Source: Candidatus Micrarchaeota archaeon (GTDB lineage Archaea > Micrarchaeota > Micrarchaeia > Anstonellales > Bilamarchaeaceae). Taken from it: DNA of 64,000 nt. How positions within the stretch are numbered: position 1 is the stretch's first letter; each line of letters opens with the position of its first letter. The stretch spans positions 25,071 to 89,070 of the forward strand of contig JAUSHJ010000045.1 of the NCBI GenBank assembly GCA_030648615.1, written 5' to 3'. Positions 51,037 to 59,470 of the stretch are shown in pieces. The translations under genes and the position numbers were made by a program. The notes under the pieces are model-generated. The model saw only the letters and a list, made by a program, of their open reading frames with translations. It did not search any database and was not told where the DNA came from.

Positions 51037-52704
51037 TTACACCAATTTTGTTAATCCTGCTATTTCAAGTTCCCCACCTATTATGGCTGCAACATTTCGA
51101 TACATTGTAATTGTAAATATTATTTCTAAAACTGAAGTTATTATTATTAATACGATCAATTGAGAAACGGTAACTACTTCATCTATAATGAATTTATAAA
51201 GCCCAGAAGTAGATGCAGATGGGAAGAAAGGATTATTTGATAACGGATGGTGAATTACTTCTGCCATTGCACCTACAAATCCGGAAGTCATAGACCACAT
51301 AAACTTGCCTATGGTAAAAATATTATCCGTTGCAGCTGACAGAACACCTCCAAAATTAGATATGAGTTTCTTTCCGCTACACAGAAGACCCCAGAAACCG
51401 CTTCCGCATGCAGCCTGAACCTGGAACTCAGTTAATGTTTCTGATGCGAATTCATCTGTAAGCTCATCTTTTTTGTGTTCAGTTTCAATATCTACAAGTT
51501 CCTGTATTTTAGCTGGGTCAGGATTACCTAGCGGACTTATGGTTTTCGGAACATAGTTGAAATCTGCGGGTTTATATACATCAAATATCAAATAATTTGA
51601 AAAAAGAACTGAAAGCGGATATACATAAAATACTACGAACGAAATTGCGATAAGGCTCGAACCGGTTTTTCTTGTCATTGGAAAAGCTCTGAAAACTATA
51701 CCCAGAGGCAGAATTATCAGGGGGATTATATCTCTTGCAAAACCAAGAATTATTTGTTTTGCCATGATCGCAGTTATTACAAAACCTATTGCTTCTACAA
51801 CAACCGTATGTGCGTTACTCAGAAGCACAAGCCCGTCATAGGGCATAAATGAAAATGTGACTAGATTTACCAAAGGCAATGGAGAACCTAGAGGAAACGA
51901 TAAAGTTGAAAGAAAACCTATGAGGACTTCAAATAGATAAAGCTGGCTATAGGTAGCACGCATCTTTTCGAATAGTATATCAAGAGCTGCACTTGCAAGA
52001 TAAATGTGAGGAGAAACTGAAATTTCTGGACTTGTGGCATGGGCAGCAATAGCATCACCAACATTTGGTGAACCTGCAGTCAATATGCCAACTATCAAAT
52101 TAGGCAAATATGCATTACTTGCAAGCCAAAACCAAACTATAATCACGCTGAATATTGTTGCGGCTAGTTCTTCCTTGGCTATGGCACTTAGGGGTGGATG
52201 CTGAAAGAAATATGCCATCATGTAAGTGGCTGCTGTTATGAGCATGCAAAGCGTTATGGATTTGAGAACTGGGAGATATATAAGACTAAACATCGACGGA
52301 ATACCAGAGTCTGGATGCTCTATACCTTGAAGTGCGACAGTTGTGAGAATAGGGCTAAGTACAAATGCTATAATTGCAGCAAAAAGTGCTCCCAAAAGTA
52401 GATTGTGAGACCATACTACAGCACGTGCCCTAGTTTCTGCGCCTGATAACTGACCGACAACATAAACTAATGCTGCGAACATTATCATCATCATTATGCC
52501 GATGGGAACCCAGGAGCCATAAAGGTCAAAAAAGGCACAAATCTCATATGAAACCGTACCTGGTACGGGAGCATTTATTCGGTGTAAATTACAAAAATCT
52601 TCAACACCCTGGGCGGAAACGATATTACTAACAGAAATAAGAAAAAATACGATAAGAAATAATTTTGTAACTGTACCTGAGGGTAGAATAACACGATCTG
52701 CCAT
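51037..52704 (-). CDS. polytopic membrane protein, FPPTR-loop family member P1 (signal peptide, largest)
   Basis: 555 aa; signal LFLIVFFLISVSNIVSAQG, loop IVFRAFPMTRKTGSSLIAISFVVFYVYPLSVL, C-terminus GGELEIAGLTKLV. Confidence 0.7.
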   Translation of the reverse strand: MADRVILPSGTVTKLFLIVFFLISVSNIVSAQGVEDFCNLHRINAPVPGTVSYEICAFFDLYGSWVPIGIMMMIMFAALVYVVGQLSGAETRARAVVWSHNLLLGALFAAIIAFVLSPILTTVALQGIEHPDSGIPSMFSLIYLPVLKSITLCMLITAATYMMAYFFQHPPLSAIAKEELAATIFSVIIVWFWLASNAYLPNLIVGILTAGSPNVGDAIAAHATSPEISVSPHIYLASAALDILFEKMRATYSQLYLFEVLIGFLSTLSFPLGSPLPLVNLVTFSFMPYDGLVLLSNAHTVVVEAIGFVITAIMAKQIILGFARDIIPLIILPLGIVFRAFPMTRKTGSSLIAISFVVFYVYPLSVLFSNYLIFDVYKPADFNYVPKTISPLGNPDPAKIQELVDIETEHKKDELTDEFASETLTEFQVQAACGSGFWGLLCSGKKLISNFGGVLSAATDNIFTIGKFMWSMTSGFVGAMAEVIHHPLSNNPFFPSASTSGLYKFIIDEVVTVSQLIVLIIITSVLEIIFTITMYRNVAAIIGGELEIAGLTKLV

Positions 52705-52766
52705 AGGATACTTTATACTGTTTCGGATTATAAATATTACCTTACATACATGTTATTGGTAAAAAT
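52705..52766. promoter_or_regulatory. divergent AT-rich promoter region with TATA-like boxes
   Basis: 62-nt spacer between divergently transcribed P1 and the 52767 gene containing tttatact and ttataaatatt. Confidence 0.3.
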
Positions 52767-53354
52767 ATGGTTAACCATCCAGATAGCGAACATGGCACTA
52801 GTCCGATATTGGGAGGAGTAATTGCATTATTCGTAATTTTAATATCTGTAGCTGTTGGTATAAATAAAATAGAAATTGAATTCCCTAGCATCATTCATCC
52901 AAGAAAAACTGAAATATTTAAAACGTTAGAAAAAATAGAAAGAACTACGATGAAATGTCTAGAATTAAGTGAAAATAGTGAAGAAATATGTGGATGTAGA
53001 AAAACAGGATTACTTGCAAAACAAGAATTGCGTGCTATTTCTGAAACATTTCTTGATGAACCAGATAAAGATATATTAGTAATACTAAGTCAAACTGTAG
53101 ATCAACGAATAATAAGACTAATGAGTCCTGCATTTAGTCGATTACATCCAGAATGTTCAAATCAGGATTTAATGGGGCTTTATGGGTGGATGGAACGTCG
53201 TAAAGGGTGCTATTGTTCAGTGAATTTAAATGTTCAAGCAAAAGAAATAAATGAATTCTATAAAGAAGCGGTCAAAACGTTAAGTGGAAAAAAAGAGCGA
53301 ATAGAGACAATAGTCGAAAGACATTTTCCAAAAGTAGCTGCAAGAGTAAGATAA
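52767..53354 (+). CDS. hypothetical membrane-anchored protein (195 aa)
   Basis: N-terminal transmembrane helix ILGGVIALFVILISVAVGI, Cys-containing soluble domain. Confidence 0.45.
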   Translation: MVNHPDSEHGTSPILGGVIALFVILISVAVGINKIEIEFPSIIHPRKTEIFKTLEKIERTTMKCLELSENSEEICGCRKTGLLAKQELRAISETFLDEPDKDILVILSQTVDQRIIRLMSPAFSRLHPECSNQDLMGLYGWMERRKGCYCSVNLNVQAKEINEFYKEAVKTLSGKKERIETIVERHFPKVAARVR

Positions 53355-53410
53355 AAGCTAGAATATCAAATTACGATAGAATAAAAATCTAATTAATCTA
53401 ATAAACCACT

Positions 53411-56176
53411 ATGGATACTTCTGAGAATCTTGATTTCACCAGTGTAGAGGCTAAGTGGCAGGCACATTGGAAGAAAGAAAAAACATACGAACCTGAAATT
53501 GATAAAAAGAAAAAAAAGAAATTTGTAACTGCAGCTTTTCCCTACCCTAACTCGCCACAGCACATAGGCCATGGAAGAACCTACACTACTACAGATGTCC
53601 ATGCACGCTATCTAAGATTGAAAGATTACAATGTAATTTTTCCCATGGGTTTTCACGTTACAGGTACACCAATAATTGCAATGGCTAAAAGAATTGCCGA
53701 TGGTGACAGTGAATTATACGATGTATTCAAAAGAATATATGAAATACCTGATGAAACTACGAAAACGCTCACTGATCCGACTACGCTGGTAATGCATTTC
53801 TCCAAAGAAATAGAGGAAGGGATGAAAGAAATGGGTTACAGCATAGACTGGAGAAGAAAATTTTATTCATTTGACAAGCATTTTAATAAGTTCATAGAAT
53901 GGCAATTCGAAAAATTAAAGCAATTAGGTTATCTGGTGCAGGGGGAACATCCGATAGCATGGTGCCCTGCTGACAATCAGGCAGTGGGTGGGCACGATAC
54001 AAAGGGAGATGTTGATCCTGAATTAAAAGATTTCACAGCTGTGAAGTTTAGATATGGAGATGGATTCCTGCTTACGGCAACACTAAGACCAGAAACTATT
54101 TACGGGGTCACAAATATCTGGATAAATCCAGAAATAATGCACGTAAAAGCAAAGAGCAAAAAGACTGGAGAAAATTATTATATTTCAAAAAAAGCAGCTG
54201 AAAAAATGAACTCCCAGGGTTTTGAACTTGAGATTTTAGAGGAACTTAAAGGAGAAAAAATGCTTAGTGACAATATGAAAGCTAAAAACCCTATTACTGG
54301 AGATGATTTACCGCTCTACTCTGCTTTATACGTGAAAGATGATACCGGAACTGGCATAGTTATGAGCGTACCTTCACATGCACCCTACGATCACATCGCA
54401 CTTCTAGATATGGGTATCAAACTCGATTACGCACAAATAATCAAAGTTGACGGCTACAAATTCATGGCAAAAGAACTCGTTGAACAACGAGGAATAAAGG
54501 ATCAGCACGACCCAAAAATTGAAGACATAGTAAAAGAAGTTTACAAAAAAGAAATACTTACCGGAGTAATGATTATTGGCCCCCATAAAGGAGAGAAGGT
54601 CTCTATTGCAATAGAAAAAACAAAAAATGAAATGATCAAAAACAAACAGGCATTTCCTTTCTGGGAAATAACCAATAAACCTGTGTACTGTCGTTGCGGT
54701 GCAGAGGTAGTTGCGACTATACTAAAAAATCAATGGTTTATCGATTACGGAAACGAGCAATGGAAAGAAAAAGCTAGAGAGTGCATAGCTGGAATGACAA
54801 TAGTTCCTGAAAAAACAAGGCAAGAATATCTTGCTACTCTAGAATGGCTTAGACAAAAAGCATGTGCCAGAGCAAGCGGGCTTGGAACTAAATTTCCATT
54901 CGAAAAAAATAGAATGATTGAAGCGTTATCAGATAGTACAATTTACATAGCATTTTATTGTTTTTCCTATCTTCTAAAAAATATGGAAGAAGGTGAACTC
55001 AACGAAGAATTTTTCGACTATGTTCTGCTTGGGAAAGGTAAAGGAAATCCAAAATGGAAAGAAGCAAGAGAGCAATTCGAGTACTGGTATGGAGAAGATT
55101 CCTACCATAGTGGTGCAGATTTAGTAAGAAATCATTTGCCATTTCACATATTTAATCATGTTGCCATTTTTGACAAAAAATACTGGCCAAAACAATTTGT
55201 CACAAACGGATTCGTATTAATGGATGGAAAGAAAATGAGCAAAAGCATGGGAAATATTTTGCCATTGAGAAAGGCAATAAAAGAGTATGGTGCTGATGTC
55301 ATAAGATTTTCCGTAGTAAGCGGCGCAGATTTAACACAGGATACCGATTTCAACAAGAGCGTGGCAGAGGGGACCAAAAGCAGGCTTGAGTTCATTGCTA
55401 AACTAGTTACAGAGATTTCTAATGCAAAAGACAAAAAGAAAGATTCCAGAATAGATAAGTGGTTGCTCTCTCGTATGAATAGAAAAATTAAAAATGCAGA
55501 AGAACTTTACGAAAAAATAGCACTAAGAGAACTATCACTGGAGATATTTTATGATGTTTACAATGATCTTCAATGGTACCTGAAGCGTAGTGGCAATGAA
55601 AGCTATGGAGAAACGATAAAAGAATTCCTTAAAGTTTGGAGCGTACTAATTCAGCCATTCATGCCACACCTGGCAGAAGAATTCTGGAATTTACTTGGAG
55701 AAAAGAAAACTATTTCAAAATTCCCTGAATATAATGACAAGAAAATTAATGAAAAAATAGAAAGGGGAGAAGAACTCGTAAAACAAACTTTAGATGATGC
55801 ACTGAATATAGCAAAACTTCTTGGAAAAAAACCAGAAAAAATATATATTTATGTTGCTTCAGAATGGAAGAGGAAACTGTATAACATAGTTAAAAATGAA
55901 AAGGCATTTGACAAAGTAATGAAAACAACTTCACAAGATTCAGAACTCAGGACGCACATGCAAGACGTGCAAAGAATTACGAAACAGTTGATGAAGAATG
56001 CTTATTCACTTCAAGAAATAGAAAATGAAAAAGATGAACTTGCAACTCTCAAAGACGCAGAAGAATTCTTAACAAAGGAACTTGACTGCCCTGTGAATGT
56101 GGCAAGTGACAGTGGAGCAAAGCATGAACGTGCTAAGAATGCATTGCCTGGAAAACCCGCAATAGTATTGGAGTAA
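53411..56176 (+). CDS. leuS: leucyl-tRNA synthetase (archaeal type)
   Basis: 921 aa; HIGH motif PQHIGHGRT, KMSKS motif KMSKSMGN, editing-domain insertion; length typical of archaeal LeuRS. Confidence 0.95.
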   Translation: MDTSENLDFTSVEAKWQAHWKKEKTYEPEIDKKKKKKFVTAAFPYPNSPQHIGHGRTYTTTDVHARYLRLKDYNVIFPMGFHVTGTPIIAMAKRIADGDSELYDVFKRIYEIPDETTKTLTDPTTLVMHFSKEIEEGMKEMGYSIDWRRKFYSFDKHFNKFIEWQFEKLKQLGYLVQGEHPIAWCPADNQAVGGHDTKGDVDPELKDFTAVKFRYGDGFLLTATLRPETIYGVTNIWINPEIMHVKAKSKKTGENYYISKKAAEKMNSQGFELEILEELKGEKMLSDNMKAKNPITGDDLPLYSALYVKDDTGTGIVMSVPSHAPYDHIALLDMGIKLDYAQIIKVDGYKFMAKELVEQRGIKDQHDPKIEDIVKEVYKKEILTGVMIIGPHKGEKVSIAIEKTKNEMIKNKQAFPFWEITNKPVYCRCGAEVVATILKNQWFIDYGNEQWKEKARECIAGMTIVPEKTRQEYLATLEWLRQKACARASGLGTKFPFEKNRMIEALSDSTIYIAFYCFSYLLKNMEEGELNEEFFDYVLLGKGKGNPKWKEAREQFEYWYGEDSYHSGADLVRNHLPFHIFNHVAIFDKKYWPKQFVTNGFVLMDGKKMSKSMGNILPLRKAIKEYGADVIRFSVVSGADLTQDTDFNKSVAEGTKSRLEFIAKLVTEISNAKDKKKDSRIDKWLLSRMNRKIKNAEELYEKIALRELSLEIFYDVYNDLQWYLKRSGNESYGETIKEFLKVWSVLIQPFMPHLAEEFWNLLGEKKTISKFPEYNDKKINEKIERGEELVKQTLDDALNIAKLLGKKPEKIYIYVASEWKRKLYNIVKNEKAFDKVMKTTSQDSELRTHMQDVQRITKQLMKNAYSLQEIENEKDELATLKDAEEFLTKELDCPVNVASDSGAKHERAKNALPGKPAIVLE

Positions 56177-56180
56177 ACAT

Positions 56181-57200
56181 ATGTTATTCGCAAAAGTAAG
56201 AAAAAATATAGGTGAACGTGTAAGAAAGGAGCTTTTGCACAGAGAAGTTCTTTCAGCTAATTATAAAGTAAAAACAGATAATCATTTTGTCTATTTCCCA
56301 GTAACACGAAAAATAAATTTACATGGAGTACATTACATAACCATAGTTGTTGAACCTCAAAAGAAAAAACCAAAAAGTGTCGTTGAATATCTTGAAGAGA
56401 AATACGGGAAAACTACTACACAACAACTTACAAAGTCATTTGATATTGTAGGAGACATTGCGATAGTAGAATTACCTGAACGACTGGCACATTTTGACAG
56501 CAAAGTTGCAGAAGCAGTAATTGCGATACACCCCAATATTAAAGTCGTTGCGAAGAAACTTGGTGCGATGTCTGGAGAATTTCGCGTAAGACCGATGAAA
56601 GTAATTTATGGGGAGAATCGCACAGAAACGATACACCGAGAAAATGACTGCCTAATGAAAGTAGATGTTGCAAGAGCGTATTTCTCCGTAAGATTAAGCA
56701 CAGAAAGAATGAGAATTGCAACTTTAGTTAGAGAAGGTGAAAACGTACTAGTTATGTTCTCTGGTGTTGCACCATTTGCACTGGTGATCGCAAAAAGAAA
56801 ACCGCACACAAAGATAGTATGTATAGAATTAAACGAAGTGGCAGTGCAATATGCAAATGAAAATGTCAAGTTAAATAAATTTTATAATATAGAAAATATT
56901 TGTGGAGATGTTAAAGACGTTATACCTGAAAGATTTTTAAATTGGGCAGACAGAGTAGTTATGCCACTGCCAAAAACTTCTAATGAATTCCTAGATGTTG
57001 CATTCAAAGCTGCGAAAAACGGTGCGATGATACACCTATACCACATAGGTGATTTTGAGAATGCAGAAGAACTGATCCACAAGGTAGCAAAAGAAAATAA
57101 TGCATCTGTAAATATAACTGGTCATCACATTGTAAGACCCTACGCACCTAGGCTAGATCAGATTTGTGTTGATTTCGTAGTTAGGAAAAAAAATCAATAG
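56181..57200 (+). CDS. trm5: tRNA (guanine37-N1)-methyltransferase Trm5 (Met-10+ family)
   Basis: 339 aa; SFDIVGDIAIVE motif, Rossmann SAM-binding VLVMFSGVAPFALVIA. Confidence 0.8.
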   Translation: MLFAKVRKNIGERVRKELLHREVLSANYKVKTDNHFVYFPVTRKINLHGVHYITIVVEPQKKKPKSVVEYLEEKYGKTTTQQLTKSFDIVGDIAIVELPERLAHFDSKVAEAVIAIHPNIKVVAKKLGAMSGEFRVRPMKVIYGENRTETIHRENDCLMKVDVARAYFSVRLSTERMRIATLVREGENVLVMFSGVAPFALVIAKRKPHTKIVCIELNEVAVQYANENVKLNKFYNIENICGDVKDVIPERFLNWADRVVMPLPKTSNEFLDVAFKAAKNGAMIHLYHIGDFENAEELIHKVAKENNASVNITGHHIVRPYAPRLDQICVDFVVRKKNQ

Positions 57201-58051
57201 ATTCCAGCCAGCAATCCAATCAGGAAAAACAATAACATTCCAAGAACAAGCGGTGGCAACGCAGGCAGAACTAATTTTTTATTTAAGAACAAGTGAAGAA
57301 AAACTAAAAGTGAAACGGTTGCACCTAGAAAAACCATAATGACTGCATTGAAACCAAATGGCAAAACCGAAACCTCAAGCATTATCGGAGCAATTATATC
57401 CCCAGTACCTAAATCTATTCTGTGTCGTTTTCCTTCAACAAACCTTGGAGTACCTTCAGCCGTTTGTGCAGTGATTGTAAAAGCAAGATCTTTTTTTATA
57501 ATAAATTCGGCCATCTCCACCATGTGTTTTGTGGTGAATACTGCCACAAAATCATATAGTGAAAGCAAGACCAAAAACAAGACTGCAGGAACGAGACCAA
57601 ACGATATACCAAATATTGCACCTACCCCTGCCGTAGCTAATACGGCTGCTGCATTCTTTGCTTTTGGTAAAACAAATTTTATGGCTGCAAATGCAAGCCC
57701 GGCAGCAATTCCAAAGGTAGTCGCATAACCATAGTCAAGAAAAATGCGTGAGATTGCATAGAAAACAATTGATGACGAAGTTGAAATCATAAAAAATTCA
57801 AGAAGTCTAAATAATATTTCGTGAGTTTTGAAAAACCTGATCATGATTATTATAAAAACTGCACCTATTAGGATGAAACCAAAATAATACAATGCGTTTA
57901 TCGGTTCATTTATATCTTCATTAACTGCAAAAGAAGCTACGTAGGGATTTGCTAATGTATCGTTCAGAATTATTATTCCTGTATAAATGCCCATTAACTG
58001 GGCAACTATGAATAATACTAGCAGATTGAATATGAGTTTCATATAATCCAT
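57194..58051 (-). CDS. presenilin/signal-peptide-peptidase homolog (A22 intramembrane aspartyl protease)
   Basis: 285 aa, ~9 transmembrane helices; ordered catalytic motifs LSLYDF (YD), LGTGD (GxGD), LPALPP (PAL). Confidence 0.75.
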   Translation of the reverse strand: MDYMKLIFNLLVLFIVAQLMGIYTGIIILNDTLANPYVASFAVNEDINEPINALYYFGFILIGAVFIIIMIRFFKTHEILFRLLEFFMISTSSSIVFYAISRIFLDYGYATTFGIAAGLAFAAIKFVLPKAKNAAAVLATAGVGAIFGISFGLVPAVLFLVLLSLYDFVAVFTTKHMVEMAEFIIKKDLAFTITAQTAEGTPRFVEGKRHRIDLGTGDIIAPIMLEVSVLPFGFNAVIMVFLGATVSLLVFLHLFLNKKLVLPALPPLVLGMLLFFLIGLLAGIY

Positions 58052-58091
58052 TTAGAAGGCGTAATTTATAATTAAGCTATTTGACAAAATA

Positions 58092-58763
58092 TTATAAGCT
58101 TTCTACTGCCATGCCGTAACAAAGGGATGGTTCGTCACCAAGAACAACGTTCTGTCCGACATCACCACCAAACAAAACGTCGTAACCACGAGCAACAGGG
58201 CCAACTTTCTTATCAATTCTGGATAAATGCCTGGCTTGCTCAGAAAATGCTACTTGCTCTCCAGTTGGAATTCCATGAATAGGATCAGCTAAATACCAAC
58301 CATCTCTTATGGGAAATGCTGAGACGATATCAACTGCACTTGCATGAACTATCCGGTTATTTCCATCTATTTCTAAAGTATAATCAGGGTGTTCTGCAAC
58401 TAGAATAGCATTTCGTTCATTTCTATAAACATCTGGAACAGTAAATACCCATTTGATTTTTGTTTTAGAATCAATACATTCAATTTGTTTTCCTAGTTTT
58501 TTACCTGGTTTTGCATGGGCAATCATTGTAGCTGACCAGCATCTAAATGCATCTGCAATAGTTCTCCATTCTTCACTTCCAACTAATGCTCGAGTTAGTC
58601 TTATATTAGAGGTTACAATTCTATCCTCTACATTCGCTCTTGCTAAACCCTCTTCGAATGGAACTCCATTTGCTCTAGTTATAAAGGTAGCAATATTAGA
58701 ACCTCTGATTCTTTCTTGAACTTTATGTTGAACGATTGCAAATGTCATAATAAAAACCTTCAA
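58092..58763 (-). CDS. hypothetical protein, tandem paralog 2
   Basis: 223 aa; shares SEEWRTIADAF and KIKWVFTVPDVYRNE.NAILVAEHPDYTLEIDGNNRIVHASAVD with the upstream paralog. Confidence 0.55.
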   Translation of the reverse strand: MKVFIMTFAIVQHKVQERIRGSNIATFITRANGVPFEEGLARANVEDRIVTSNIRLTRALVGSEEWRTIADAFRCWSATMIAHAKPGKKLGKQIECIDSKTKIKWVFTVPDVYRNERNAILVAEHPDYTLEIDGNNRIVHASAVDIVSAFPIRDGWYLADPIHGIPTGEQVAFSEQARHLSRIDKKVGPVARGYDVLFGGDVGQNVVLGDEPSLCYGMAVESL

Positions 58764-58781
58764 TAAACTAAAACCAAAAGA

Positions 58782-59447
58782 TTAAAAAGTCTCAACTACC
58801 ACCCCAAAAGAATCGGACTGGCCATTTAGAACTACATATTGTTTAGGGTCGACGTTGAAATTGCAAAAAGTGAAGATGAGACCACGAACAATGGGACCGA
58901 CTAGTTTAGCAGTTCTCCATAAATACCTAGCATTAGGATTTGAAAAGTGAACCTGATCTCCTGCTGGTATACCATGTTTTGAATCTAGCAAATAACACCC
59001 AGTTTTTCCTGGAAACTCCGAAACCAAATCAACTGCACTTGCATGAACTATCCGGTTATTTCCATCTATTTCTAAAGTATAATCAGGGTGTTCTGCAACT
59101 AGAATAGCATTTCCTTCATTTCTATAAACATCTGGAACAGTAAATACCCATTTGATTTTTGTTTTAGGATCAATATATTCAATTTGTTTGCCTAGTTTTT
59201 TACCTGGCTCTACATAGGCAGTAATTGTACCAGACCGACAAGGAAATGCATCTGCTATGGTTCTCCATTCTTCGCTTCCAACTAATGCTCGATCTAATCT
59301 TTTATTAGAAGCTTTAACTAAACCTTGTGCATCTACTTCTGGCAAAACTTTATCGAAAGGAACACCTGCATATCTAGGTATTAATACTGCTAAATTAGGA
59401 CCTCTAATTCTTCGAACTTCTGTTCTTTGAACTGCTGCAATACCCAT
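58782..59447 (-). CDS. hypothetical protein, tandem paralog 1
   Basis: 221 aa; ~130 nt (58990-59160) nearly identical at DNA level to 58320-58480. Confidence 0.55.
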   Translation of the reverse strand: MGIAAVQRTEVRRIRGPNLAVLIPRYAGVPFDKVLPEVDAQGLVKASNKRLDRALVGSEEWRTIADAFPCRSGTITAYVEPGKKLGKQIEYIDPKTKIKWVFTVPDVYRNEGNAILVAEHPDYTLEIDGNNRIVHASAVDLVSEFPGKTGCYLLDSKHGIPAGDQVHFSNPNARYLWRTAKLVGPIVRGLIFTFCNFNVDPKQYVVLNGQSDSFGVVVETF

Positions 59448-59470
59448 AGATAAACGCCTCCAGAGAAGTA

